Part shown: positions 1-12,950 of the stretch, in pieces
Position numbering within the stretch: the first letter of the stretch is position 1
Layout of the letters: each line of letters starts with the position of its first letter
Source of the DNA: Azolla caroliniana
Taxonomy: Eukaryota > Plantae > Polypodiophyta
Direction of reading: 5' to 3'
Assembly (NCBI GenBank): GCA_043228905.1
Contig: JBHGNT010000014.1
Span: forward strand, 1,054,001 to 1,118,000
DNA length: 64,000 bases
Translations under genes and position numbers: made by a program
Notes under the pieces: model-generated
Database searches by the model: none
Told to the model about the DNA's origin: nothing
Seen by the model: only the letters and a program-made list of their open reading frames with translations

Positions 1-157
1 ACAACTTAAGGCGCACGTGCATGAAGAGTCGGTTTCTACGCTCCGGTGCACGGATTCCGCTCGTGGACGGTTTTCTTCATGACATCCGCCCCCACCTAAC
101 CGCGCATCCACCGGCATCCGCCAAATTGTGTTGGGACGGAGAAAACCGGTCCAGCCT

Positions 158-1240
158 TCATTCCCCGCCCGTCGGTTCTTCCTCGGTTTCGGATCGTTCG
201 TCGTCCCGGTCTAGGCTAACCGGATCCGTCTCGTTGTCATGACGCTTCTTGAACGCTTTGATCCGCTTCCCAGCTACCGGTATCGCTATTCTTGTGCCGT
301 CGAGTTCCGCCAAATGGTACGTCCCGTTGTCGTTGGCGCTTTGTACCACGTAAGGCCCGAACCACCTTCTTGCGAACTTCCGTGTCGCTCGGTGCTGGTT
401 GTCGAGGCTGCTGTCGTAGACTAGCACCCAGTCGCCTTCCTCGATCCGCTTCGGTCGGAGCCGGTGCGTTTGGTCGAACCGGGCTTTGTTCCTCGTCCTT
501 GCCACTCGAAGCTTTCCCGCGGCCTGCTCCACGTCCTCCGGTCTTCGCTCGAGCTGTCGTATGTGCGCCGCCAACAGTTCCTCCCGGCTCATCTCGTCTC
601 TCCAGTCCACGGTTGCCCAAGAGGAGATCGTGCGTTCCATCGGCATGATCGACTTCTGCCCAAACATCAGCTCTGCCGGCATGAATCCGGTTACCGAACT
701 ATGCGTAGTTCGGTTTGCCCACAACGCGTAAGGCAACAGCCGCGGCCAGTTCCCGACTTGACCTCCGCATGCCCGAACTAACGCCTTGACGATCGGTCCG
801 TGTCCGCGCTCCACCTTTCCATTCGCCTCCGGATTGTACGCAGTGGTAAGCGAGAGCTTGACTCCTAGCCGGTCGAACAACTCCTCGGCCTCTTCGGCGT
901 CTAGCTCCCCGCGATCGGCCACGATCTTCCCGACGCACCCGTACCGGCATATCACGTCCTCGATCAGGAACCGACATACGGCCGCGGTCGTTTTGTTCTG
1001 AAGGGCTCGGCCTTCCACCTGGTTCGTCAGATCTTCCCGAGCCAGGACCAGATACCGCATCTGTTCGACTCCCATCGGCATCGTCACCAGATCTACCATC
1101 CATTTGAAGTGGATGGTCGGAGGGTACGTAGGGTGAAGCTCGTCCCGATGTCGGACTATGGAGTGCATTTGACAGCTCTCGCAAGTTGTCACGAACTGAT
1201 GCACGTCCCGGTACAGTCCCGGCCACCAGTACTTCCCCTC
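158..1240 (-). pseudogene. Integrase of element A, frameshifted from the RNase H ORF near 1240
   Basis: YWWPGLYRDV..CESCQ zinc finger; VDL / ADRGE / NGKVERG (DDE); WFGPY (GPY/F). Confidence 0.9.
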
Positions 1241-3648
1241 TCGAACGTGGCCCACGTTCCACGGTGTCCAGCCCAAGGGCTGTCGTGGTAGGCCGTCAGC
1301 AGCTCTTCCTGTTCTTCCTTCATCGCCACCACCCGGAGCGGGACGCGGTTCCTCTTCTTTGGGTGCTTCCATAAGTATCCGTCCTGGAGAAAGAATCGAT
1401 ATGCTTTCTTCCGGATCCGGTTGGCCTCGTCCTTCGTCCATGACGCATCCGGCGTCATTGTCCTCAAAAATCCACCGATTTGTAGCCACTCGCCGTCGTA
1501 CTTGCTCTCGTCGAAGCCGTTAAGTGCCGGAGTGCTCGCCCCGTCAGTCGTCACGTACACCGCCTCGAAGAAGTCCACGCCGACTTCTTTGTCCTCCGAA
1601 ACCATGCCGCCCTCGTCATCAAACCTCGCCCTCGAAAGCATGTCGGCCATGGCGTTGTCTTTTCCGGAAATGTGTCGTATTTCCGGGTCCAGGGACTTGA
1701 TGTACGCTATCCACCTGAGCATCGCCTGGTCCGGTGTCGCGCATCCGGAAACCATGCCGAGAATCGGCAGGCAATCCGTCTCGATAACCACTTCCGTCCC
1801 GATCAGGTAATCTTTGTCGGCCTTTACTGCCGAAACGATACCCCAGAGTTCGCGTTTAACCTGGGCGTACCCTCGATGTCGTTCACTGAGGACCTTCGCG
1901 CCGAATCGGATCGGGAACCAAATGCCGTTCTTGTCCTCTTGGTTGACGACCCATCCGATCCCGGTCGGACTTGTATCCACTGTTATGTATACCGGGGTAC
2001 CCTTCCCGTAGACAGCCTTCTGGAGCGCCGGTGCTGCCGCAAGAGCTTCCTTCAGCTTCCAGACCGACTCCGTGTGCTCGTCTCGCCACTCGAATTTTCG
2101 CCCTTTCTTCAGCAACCCATATAGCGGCTCCGCAACGTGGGCGTAATGCGGGATCCATATGTGGTAGAATGCGCATGCCCCCAGGAACCTCCGAACTTCC
2201 GTAACCGAGCTACAGTCGGTCTTCATCACGGAGATGGCTTCTACCTTTGCTGGAGACGGCTTCCGGCCATATGGTCCACATAGGTGTCCGACCACCAGGA
2301 TTTCCGATTGCCCGAAGGCCGATTTCTCCCCGGAGAAGGTGAGCCTCGCATCCTCTAGCCTCTACAGCACCTTCTCGCAGTCGTCGATGTGTGTTGCCAC
2401 GAATCGCCGGCATCCATCCGGCCCGACTGTCTCGTCCTTCTCCTCCACCGGGCACCCCTTTATCGGAATGTCGTCTAGAAATGGCATGGTGATGTCTGGG
2501 ATGCAATCCCTCAGTAACTTGTTCATTGCATTCACCATGTGGGCCACCGAGTTGGTCCCTCCTTGTGGCAGGGTACACATTCGCACTAGGCCGAGGGGAG
2601 TTCGCATCGTCGTAATATCTCTGCTCTCCACGGCTAGCTGGAACTGGTCGTACCCCGAGTACAGATCACCGACCGAGTAAATCGACCTTCCGGCGAAGGC
2701 CTCCACGAACTCGTCTATGGTCGGTCCTATTCCTGCGTTCCGAATGGTCACTTTGTTGACCGGCTGCAGGTCTTGAATGAAGCGCATCGTTCCGTTTTTC
2801 TTTGGTACGGTAAACCATCGGTTCGAGTATGGGGCACTCGACGGTTCGAGAATGCCCATATCTACTTTCTGCCTCAATAGCTCCATCAACTTCGGGATGT
2901 GAGCTCTCGGTACCGGGATCGGCTTGAGATTCCACGGCACATGCGGTACCGTGAATATCACCATCGGCTCCAGGATCGTTGGGTCTACGCACCCGATCTC
3001 TTCCGGTGAGAATGCGAAGGCTTTCCCGTGCCTTCCGAGCATCCTCCGAAACCGGTCTTCCTCCGCCGGCAGTAGGAACCCGCCCCCACCGATTTTGAGC
3101 TCCCGGAGCGTCCCGTCGGTGAAGTTGTGTCCTATGCAGGTCGGATCTCGTAAACTGGGGTCCGACGCAACCCCTCTGATCCGGGACTCGCTGCCCTCCG
3201 GTAAGGGTGCCGCGACTGGCCTTACCTTCCAGTCCACAGCCTTGTACTTTGTGCTAACTCGGGCCGTCCGATCCGACCCGAGCCCCCGACTGAAGTTCAC
3301 GATGACTTCGTACATCTCTTCGGAACATACCGGTATCGTCCGGTCTTCGTTAAGGTCTTCTTTGGCAACCTTCCTCAGCATCCCCAAGGTGTCGTCGAAG
3401 GAGACCGCCTCAACGGCTCCGCTGATTTCCTCGTCCGGGCCGAGAACTCCGCACGCTCGAAGTCGCACTTCCGCCCTTGTCTTTTCTCGCCCAACGATGC
3501 CGACTATCATGCACCCTCCGTTGCCGGAGAAGCAGAATTTTCTACCTATCGTACAAGGTTTCTTCGGTTTCTGTTCTATCGTACAGTTGTGGGGTCTTTC
3601 CCGAGTGTCCGGACTGTCTCGGCCCCATGCCTTGGCAGCCCTCTCTAA
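1189..3648 (-). pseudogene. RT and RNase H of element A, with an in-frame TAG at 2362-2364
   Basis: DLYSGYDQF, LPQG, FLDD; RNase H VDTS, RELWG, ETDC, NAMADMLSR; frame open from the slippery site at 3648. Confidence 0.92.
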
Positions 3649-5716
3649 AAATCCTCCCGGTTCTCGCCACCGAGGGATTCGCGGTTCCTCTCGTGGTTCG
3701 GTCTCACGGTCAGAAATTGGACCGAATGGCGCCTGTCCTGGCTTTTGACCCTTGCGTAGGCCGAACCGTTGTCTAGCACCTTGGTCTCCATTCGAGCCGC
3801 CGTGATGTATGGTTCCCCTAATATGACCGGGTGCGAGGACGTCTCCTGTACGAAGAAGTGTTGGTCAATCTCGACGTCGCCGATCTTGACTCGCACGTTC
3901 GGGCAGGCCCCATGCAGTTGCTCGGTGGTGCGCGTCGCCGCCCGTATCTTCCACCCGTGCTTGGTGTTGATCGGCCACTTCCCCTTCTTATAGAAGTCCA
4001 TGGACATCAGGTTTATTTCTGAACCGTGGTCCACCAGTGCCACCACCGGTTCCTGAACCTCTCCGATCTTTACCGGGGTCTCCGTGGTCGCTCGGGCCCA
4101 GTGTGGCCTCGAATAGTGGCTCTCCGCCCACTCATCTGCCAGCGCCGAGTCGTCGATGTGCGTCGTCCGCACCTCTACCGGTCTTTCTGGATCCGTCTCC
4201 ATCGACAGCGTCTTCCGTTTCACAAAGTCTACAATGGAGTCGTGGAACTCCTTCTTGGCGATCCCTAACACCTCTCGCAATGTCAGCTCCACTTTGCTGT
4301 CGAGGATCCGTTCTTCTAGGACCTTTCGTAGGTCCGTAGTCCTTTCTATCTCCGTCCCCAGTCGGTATCCGCCCTTCCTGGGGTTATCTTGCGAGCTGGA
4401 CCCGCCGGCATCGTTCCGTCGTTGCCCGAATCGGGTCTCGTATCGTTGTGAGGGCCCGACCGCTCCGGCTTTCCCCACTCGCTTGTCTTCTACCAGAGCC
4501 TCGTAGTTCTGGCAGGCGGCTTCTACGAAGCCCGTCTTCTCCTCGACCGGATTGCTCCACCCGGTTATTTCCCGGACCCGTCTCTCAGCGCGGTCCGTTT
4601 CATCCTTCTTCAACCGTGCGCCGGCAAGACCTTCCAGCATTGCCGACCAAAATCCGTCTTTGCCCTCCTTTCGGGCCTCGCTGCCCCCGACCCGAATGCC
4701 GGCCGACGCCGAGTAGTGGATGGCCTCCACGTGTCGGGCCGCTGCCTCTTCCATCAGTCTCTTCATACCTCCTCGTCCGTCGTTTCGGTTTAGGGCCCTT
4801 CTAGTGTCGCCGGCATGCACCCGGCCTTCCCACAGGTACACCACCCGGTTCCTCAACGCTTCTGCGAAATCGCCGCAGTCCTTCCGGATGTGGCTGACCT
4901 CGTCGCACCACATGCACCTGTTCCCTACTGCCGGCCATCGGTCACGAGCCGGTTCACCGCCTTCCCTTTGAGTCTGGGCGATCTGGAGATCCTTTATCGC
5001 CCGCGTCAACTCCTCCAGCGCTGCTCCTCCGAACGAGCCATTGACCATGCCGGTCGAAGCCGAACCGGTTTCGAGCCATTCCCGGGTCTCTTCCCTTCCC
5101 CGTTGTCAGCCCATTCTCGCCGTTTATCGAAACGGCCACAGACTCTCTTAACCGCAGCCCAGTCGGTTGTCAACCCGTCCTCGGTTTCCAGCAAGGAGCC
5201 GACTTGGTCCCGGTCCCGCTCGTCCACCGACTTGACGAACAGTAGGACCCGGCTCGTATCCAGAACGGTTCGGTCAAGCGCCGAAAGGCGCGCAAAGCGT
5301 TCTTCGAACTCCCGGAGGAGTGCCGTCGCGTTTCTTCCCTTGCCGGGGAACTCCACCCATTCCATGAAGTCCCTTTTCGAAAGCCGGAGCGCGTCATCCA
5401 GCCCGTATTTTTCTAGGAGTCGGCCTTCAAACTCCTCCCAGGTACGGCTCTCCGCCCGCACCTCGAGCACCTCCGCATGGATGCTCGGCATCGCCACTCG
5501 AGGAAACCCGGCAAGACTCCTCTCTTCCGGAATGTCCCGCATCAACATTTCTGCCCCGTAGGACGCCAACTACTTCGTGGCATCCTTTCCGCTGAACCGG
5601 CTGATCGTACCGACGACCGCCTCAATGGCTCTGTCAAGGGCGCCGGAGCCCTCGTGTGCGCTCAGTATCCGATCCACGGCCGAAGCCATGGCCTCTGCAA
5701 GATCCGACCCTTTCAT
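3645..5716 (-). pseudogene. Gag and aspartic protease of element A (stop near 5570, frameshift near 5050-5100)
   Basis: RFSGKDATK Gag N-terminus; CMWCDEVSHIRKDC zinc knuckle; ALVDHGSEINL protease; VILGEPYI. Confidence 0.85.
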
Positions 5717-5738
5717 CTTCTGCTCTTCTGCCGCCTCC

Positions 5739-5756
5739 TTCACGTCGGGTTCACCA
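5739..5756 (-). promoter_or_regulatory. Primer-binding site complementary to the tRNA-Trp 3' end
   Basis: TGGTGAACCCGACGTGAA on minus, 3 nt inside the 5' LTR; identical copies at 18086-18103 (+) and 51509-51526 (-). Confidence 0.88.
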
Positions 5757-5759
5757 AGA

Positions 5760-6381
5760 TGTCGAGGTTTTCCTCGCGGATACGTGGAATGAGGCGGGAC
5801 CTCGGGGGTCCTGTACCAAAGAGCAAGAGAGAAAGGAGAAGATGCCCACTACGTGCAAGAGTGGATTCACAGGGACACGGCCCTTCGACGCAAGGACGCG
5901 AGTGGGACAGCGACACAGGAAGACACAAACGTATGTATGTATTAACAAACGACAAACAACACAACACAGAGTCGGTTACAACCGAACAGGCCGGCGAACA
6001 GATGCCGATACCTGTTCGTAAACGCACAGAAAGGCAGGAGCAGGCTGGAGGTGCTGCCGGAAGCACTCGAGCATTCCTCAGAGCAGCGCGAGCCTCCCGA
6101 AACCTGCACAGAAGGAAGCTATGGAGTTTGCGAACCAGAGAGAGAGAGAGAGAAGCCTTCGCACGCAAACCGACAACACTTCGTCCTCAACTCTCCGCGA
6201 TCCCTCTACCCTCCTCGTCTCCCTCCTTTTATAGGCAAGGAAGGAGCCGTTTCCCCTTTACTCCCTACCTACCGAATCTACCTAGGATCTCCTATGTACA
6301 ACTTAAGGCGCACGTGCATGAAGAGTTGGTTTCTACGCTCTGGTGCACGGATTCCGCTCGTGGACGGTTTTCTTCATGACA
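5760..6381 (-). repeat. 5' LTR of element A (622 bp)
   Basis: TG...CA ends; homologous to 1-84 and 63768-64000. Confidence 0.93.
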
Positions 6382-9300
6382 ACGCTTTATGTCAATTGCA
6401 TGAAGTGTATATAGACGAGAAACAACGACGCACGGATGATGCGGCCAGAGCATCGAAGACACCGAAAAGCTGGAACTCCTAAGGGAAGGGAAAAGAAAAG
6501 ATGATTCCGACATTCAAGCTCGCCTTGGACATAGAACAACAAAAGGACTTGAAAAAGGTTTTCGAGGAGAGAATCCTCGATAGCCGGGTAGAATTTTCGC
6601 TTCGAGAATTACTCGGAATAGAGAAGAAGGAGTTCCACGATTTTCTTATGGATCTCGTGAAGAGAAAAAGACAAAGTACGGAGGAAAATGCTCCAAGGAT
6701 GAATGCAAATACCGTTTTGATGAATGACACCAAAGTGGGAGACGAAATTCTGAACTCCCACTACACAAGGCCACACTGGGCACGTGCAACTACGGAGACT
6801 CCGGTCTGAATCGGCAACATCAAAGAGCCCATGCTAGCATTGATTGATCACGGATCGGAGATCAATTTGATGTCCAAGGAGTTCTACCGGAAGGGGAAGT
6901 GGCCTATAAACACTAACCATGGATGGAAGATCCGGGTAGCCACTAAAGCAATGGAAGATCTATTTGCGGCTTGTCCGGATGTGACGGTGAAGATTGGGGA
7001 TGTCGATATCGACCAAAATTTCTTCGTACAAGACGAGGTCTCACATTCCGTGATCCTCAGGCAACCCTTTATCACGACTTCACGGATGGAGACAAAGGTG
7101 CTCGATAGCGGTGTGGCTTTCGCACGAATTCGGAGCCAAAGCGGAGGGAAATCTGTCCAATTCCTAACAGTGCCAACAAATCATGAAAGGAACAAGAGAG
7201 AGCTCTTGTCCCAAACAAGGATAAATTTTTAGAGCGGACTGTTGTGGAGTGGGGAAGTGATAGTCCGAGAAGCCCTGATACCCCACATAGGAAGAAAACT
7301 ATCGGAGCAAAACAAGTACGAATCGATCCGGATGGGGCATCTACGTACACGGCCGTAACCGGACGAAAGAAGAAAGAATACCGAAGAGTAGAGGATAAGT
7401 TGCAATTAGCATCAATAATAAAAGAAGACGAAGAAATCGTGGGGGTAGTCGAAGAAGTGTTCTATGGGAGCACACTACAATGGCTTGAAGAGCTTGTGGA
7501 GGATAAAAGCCAAGGAGACCGGGTAGTCCCAATGGAATCGGTCGAGATGTACGACATCATTGCGAAAATGGGGCCGGATGCGCTCCGCAAAGAAGAAGCA
7601 ATGGTAAGTACGAAATACAAGACTATGGAGAAGAAAGTGAAACCGGTCGCGGGACCGTTACCCGCCGATAGAGAGCAAAAGAAGAAAGAAGTCTCGGGAG
7701 ATCCGACACTTCGGAATTCCGTGGATATTGGACATGCCTTCACGGATGAGACCCGGAAGAAACTTCGGATCAGTGGAGGTGGTTTCCTTTTGCAAAATGA
7801 AGAAGAACGATTCCGTGGGATGTTGGAACAGCATGGGAAAGCATTTGCATTCACATCGAAGGAGATAGGGTGCGTTGATCCGAAGATAGTGGAGCTGATG
7901 GTGATCTTCACAATTGACCGTGTGCCGTGGAACCTGAAGTTGATTCCGGTGCCGTGGGTGCATATTCCCAAAATCATCGACTTGCTCAAGGAGAAGGTGG
8001 CAATGGGGATTCTAGAGCCATCAAACGCTTCGTACTCAAATCGATGGTTTACGGTTCCGAAGAAGAATGGGTCACTGCGATTTATCCAAGACTTGCAACC
8101 GGTGAACAAGGTCACGATTCGGAACTCCAGAGTCGGTCTGATAGTGGACGAATTTGCGGAAGCATTTTCCGGTCGTGCGATATACTCCATCGGAGACCTA
8201 TACTAGGGGTATGACCAATTCCAACTAGCCGTAGAGAGCCGAGACATCACTACCATGCGAACACCAATAGGATTAGTCTGAATGTGCACACTACCACAAG
8301 GAGTGACAAACTCGGTAGCACATATGATGAACGTGATGAACAAGGTGCTTCGAGATTGCATTCCCGAGATAATGATGCCATTCCTAGATGACATTCCGAT
8401 GAAAGGGTGCGCGGTAGAAGAAAAAGATGAAACTATGGATGATCGGGGATGCCGAAAGTTCGTTGTCGACCATATTTGTGATTGCGAGAAAGTGCTTTGA
8501 AAGTTAGAAGATGTGCACCTAACACTTTCTGGGGAGAAATCGGCATTCGGGCAAGAAGAGATATTGGTGGTTGGAGATCTATGTGGGCCCTACGGCCGAA
8601 GACCGTCACCAACCAAGATCAATGCGATTCAAGCTATGAAAGAAGTATGCGAGTCACAATCCGAAGTCCGAAGGTTTCTTGGAGCTTGTGCATTTTATCA
8701 CATATGATTCCGCACTATGCACATATTGCGAACCCACTCTATCACTTATTGCGGAAGGGGAAGAAGTTCGAATGGAAACCGGAACACACCAAAGCCAGCA
8801 AGAAGCTCAAGAAAACACTACGGAGGGCTGAAGCACTTAAGAAGCTAAGCTACGAGAGACCAATCATAGTAACAGTTGATACAAGTCCAACCGGGATCGG
8901 ATGGGTCATCAATCAAGCTGACTCAAATGGGTCGATATCCGATCCGATTCGGAGCAAAGGTTCTCAACGAAAGGCAACACGGATATGCACAAGTCAAAAG
9001 AGAATTATGGGGATTCGTGTCGGTAATCAAATCGGATCGAGATTATTTGATCGGAGCCGAAGTAGTGATCGAAACGAATTGTCTTCCGATACTCGGGATG
9101 ATGCGGTGTTGCACGATACCGGATGTGGCTATGCTAAGGTTGATTGCATATGTTAAGTCACTTAATCCGGAGGTACGACACATCTCTGGAAAAGACAACA
9201 CGGTAGTGGATATGCTATCAAGGGCTCGGTTTGGAGACGACATAGCCGAATTCGATAATGAAGAAGTTTCTGAAGACTACTTTGCTTCGGAGCACATATG

Positions 9301-9382
9301 CCGAGTAAACGTAATCCGAGAATTCCGAGAAGAAGAATACGAGGGGGAAAGCTTGATGATCGGGAAGGTGCTACAAGAGATT

Positions 9383-10740
9383 TTTCACGGACATACCAAG
9401 CACAGACTAAGACGGAGCACGGATGATGAGGCTATGACGAAGCGATGACGGAATGACACAAGAGCATAAAGATAGAGATGAATATTAAGGAGAGAAGATG
9501 GGCGAAATGAGAATACTAGATTGATATGTCCATGACTGGCGTTGTTCACCTTGAATTACTTCAAGGTGAACTCAACTATTTATACTAAGTGGCATGCATA
9601 CTTGTTGCACATATGTGATACAATAGAGCATGTCGGCAGTAGGTACGCATGCATATGCCAAGTGTTAATAATAGAAGGGAGAAATTATGCACATGATGCT
9701 AGCTAAAACCTACAATGAGGAAGTATGTACATGATTATATGCTAGATGTGTGGTTAACACATAACACTCGATTATAACATGGTTATGCCAAGAGTTTAAA
9801 TCTTGACATTATCCCCCCTCCAACGATGCCTTCCCAAATCGTTTGTTGGCTTAAGGGGATATTGTTGATGAAAATCTTAGATCACCTCCAAAGTATTTTG
9901 TAAATCCTAGACAATGAGTAACCCTTCCACAAGACGAGGTATTTAACACCAACGGGCATGAGCGACCATGTGCGGTCCTCACGGGGAGCATGAACACCAA
10001 GGGGCATGAGTAACCATGTGGGGTCCTTGCCGGGAACTGGAACGGTTCTCGTTGAGAGTTGGAACACGAACACCAATAGGCTTGAGCAACCATGTTGACC
10101 TCATCGAGAAATGCAACATGAACGAGTGAGCGACCATGTGGCTCTCACCGGGAACACGAACACGAACGGGAGTAATCGACCATGTGTGGTCCTCATCGGG
10201 AACTGGAACATGAACAACAACGGGCATGAGCGACCATGTCGGTCCTCACCGGGATCTGGAACACGAACGGGAGTGAGCGACCATGCGGCCCTCACCGGGA
10301 ACAGGAACACGAACGGGAGTGAGCGGCCATGTGCGGCCCTCACCGGGAACAGGAACACCAACGGGAGTGAGTGGCCATGTGTGGCCCTCACCGGGAACAG
10401 GAACACGAACGGGCATGAGCGACCATGCGGCCCTCACCGGGAACTTGAACACGAACAGGCGTGAGCGACCATGCGGTCCTCACCAGGAACTCAAACATGA
10501 ACGTGTGTGAGTGACCATGCGGCCCTCACCGGGAACTAGAACACATGTGATACAATAGAGCATGTAGGCAGTAGGTACGCATGCATGTGCCAAGTGTTAA
10601 TAATACAATGGAGAAATTATGCACATGATGCTAGCTAAAACCTACAATGAGGAAGTATATACATGATTATATTCTAGATGTGTGGTTAACACATAACACT
10701 CGATTATAACATGGTTATGCCAAGAGTTAGAATCTTGACA
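9383..10740 (-). mobile_element. Internally deleted chromovirus-like LTR element C nested in pol of B
   Basis: TSD AGATT (9378-9382 / 10741-10745); 3' LTR 9808-9383; partial 5' LTR 10740-~10543; PPT GAGGGGGGATAA; chromodomain-like remnant KYLVLWKGY near 9915-9945. Confidence 0.88.
9945..10543. repeat. Tandem array of 46-48-bp units (about 12 copies)
   Basis: Unit GAGTGAGCGGCCATGTGCGGCCCTCACCGGGAACAGGAACACCAACGG. Confidence 0.92.
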
Positions 10741-12133
10741 AGATTGAGGAATCATCGGACGATAAAGAGAAGAGAGCCGAGATCCGAAGGAAGAAGAGGC
10801 AAGTCAAAAAATTCTTCTTGAAAAATGGATTAATATGGAGGGAGCAATGAAACCGGATAATGTCTGAGTTTCACGAATCTGATTGGGCTGGACATCGAGG
10901 GACATGGGAAACTTTTGTGAAAATCAAACAAAAATATTGGTGGAAGAATATGTAGAAAGATATAGCGGAGTTCATGGAAAGCTGTGAGAAGTGTCAAATC
11001 TACTCCGGAGTTCGACACCGAGATGAGTTACATCCGACATTATCACCAACAATCAACTTCAAATGGATGGTCGACATTGTAGCCATGCCAACCGGGATCG
11101 GACGAAAGAAGTACTTGGTGTTAGCTCGGGAAGATCTCATAAATCAAGTAGAAGGTCGAGCGCTATGAAGGAAAATGTGTTCTGCGGTATGCCAATTTCT
11201 TTTGGAGGAGGAGTTTTGCAGGTACGGGTGCATAGGACAAGTGATTGTGGATCGAGGAGAACTCGACTCTGATAAAGCTAGGGAATTCTTCACCAAACAT
11301 GGAGTTCGGTTAACACTAACAACGACATACAATCCCGAAGCCAACATGAAAATCGAACGAGGACATAGTCCGATCGTCAAAGCACTTGCCAAAGCATGCA
11401 ACGGAAGGGTGATGGATTGGCCGCAGATGCTCTTGTACACACTATGGGTGGATCGGACGACGCATAGCTCCGTAACCGGTTATATGCCGACAGAACTTAT
11501 GACCGGACAAGCACCGATAATGTTGATGGAAACCGCGATCGTGACATGGACAATGCTACCGTGGAAGGAAGAGATGAGTTGGGAAGAACTACTAGCGGTC
11601 TGGATACGACAACTAGAGGGAAGACCGGAAGACATAGCGGAAGCAACACACCGACAACAAGAAGTGCGATTCCGGAACAAAAGCCGGTTCGACACAAAGC
11701 ACTGACTACGACCACGGAAGATTGAAGAAGGAGATTGGGTGATTGTCTATGACAGTAGTTTGGATCATCAACATACAATGATACGGAAGTTCGCAAAAAG
11801 GTGATTTGGGCCATACGAGGTTCGGAAAGTTTTTGACAACAGAACTTACACAATATGCGAGTTGGATGGAACGATACTACGAGTGCCTATAGCAGGGAAA
11901 CGGGTAAAGATCTTCAAGAAGCGGACTGCCGACGAACCCTATGTAACCCTAGACAAGACCGACAACGAGTAGCAACTGGACAAAGATCGCGGTGATGCGA
12001 AAAGCGAAGAAAGTGGACTTCAACTCGTAGTCGACATAAGGGGAGAATCGGAGAGTGCTACGGATGAAGGCGAATAATGAGCATCGGGAACTTCGACACA
12101 TACCGGAGGATGTGCAGGTTTGGAGGGGGCGAG

Positions 12134-12950
12134 TGTCATAGTGTAATTCGCACACTACGTGAAAATTGCATTTTGGTTCCTCCGGATGGGGCAAGGAGGA
12201 CCCGGTAAGGAGACCCGGTAAAAACCGGATCAAGCAGAACCGGCAAGAGCTGGATAAAGAAGGCCGGTGAGAGTCTCTCACCGGATGAAGAGACAAATTT
12301 ATAAATAGAAGAAAAGATTGTTATATCCATAGGACAAGATTCGAACCCTATACCTCCACGTAGACAAACCCCAACCTTACCATTGTACTAACTTATCCTA
12401 AATATTTTAAATATAGATTTAATACTTATAACACCTTTATTTACGCCTACCTTTATTAAAAGGTAAGTCATGCATTTTTAGAATGCGTGAATACTTTATT
12501 TATAAGAAAAATGTATACCAATAAAAAATTACTCGTGCACATCTAGCGAGCATGAGCACTATATTTAGGAAATAAAAGCATAGTGTAAAAGGCAACTCAT
12601 GCACATTTAGTGCGCATGAACACTTTAGAGAAAAGCATGAAACTATGCTTGGCCTCTGCCATCCTTATATAAGGAGGAGAGAAAGATGTATGGGGTTGTT
12701 GATTATTTTACAAGGATTGATCAATCTAATATATTTGTGGGATTCACGAGTTTATCATAAAAATTCTCCTTCTTACAATCTAAATATTGATTAAATACAC
12801 TAAACACGTGGGATTCATAAGTTTTTATTTCTTACTTCTCTTTCTACCTATTCATAACTAGGCTTATATTGTATTCTTCTTTCTCCTAGTCCAAAACCTT
12901 AGTGGTTCCCACCCTACTCACGCAACAATCCGGAACGGAAAGGCACGACA
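12134..12950 (+). repeat. 3' LTR of element B (817 bp)
   Basis: TGTCATAG directly after the PPT; ends GGCACGACA; U5 resembles the other Trp-lineage LTRs. Confidence 0.82.
12330..12400 (-). other. tRNA-like Pol III A/B-box cassette inside the LTR of B
   Basis: TAGGATAAGTTAGTACAATGGTAAG...GGTTCGAATCTTGTCCTA: A box TAGTACAATGG, B box GGTTCGAATC, TAGGATA/TGTCCTA acceptor-like pairing, 71 nt. Confidence 0.65.

Larger units (their letters stand above)
1..6381 (-). mobile_element. Ty3/Gypsy LTR retrotransposon A (tRNA-Trp-primed, no chromodomain seen), decayed; 3' LTR runs off the window
   Basis: 5' LTR 6381-5760 (TGTCATGAAG...CTCGACA on minus); 1-84 matches 6298-6381; PBS 5739-5756; PPT GGTGGGGGCGGA next to base 84; gag-PR-RT-RH-INT order. 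Confidence 0.95.
6382..12950 (+). mobile_element. Gypsy element B (same lineage as A, more AT-rich and decayed); gag interrupted by A, pol interrupted by C
   Basis: ALIDHGSEINL protease (6831-7232); RT 7229-8700 with FLDD; RNase H 8870-9240; integrase 10830-11940; PPT GGAGGGGGCGAG; 3' LTR 12134-12950. Confidence 0.92.

Noticed and set aside
2362-8500. In-frame stop at the same RT codon in A (TAG) and B (TGA) as programmed readthrough
   Set aside because: The codons differ and each is one C-to-T change from CAG or CGA. Both copies carry other such lesions, so methylation-driven decay suffices. Revisit only if intact copies share the stop.
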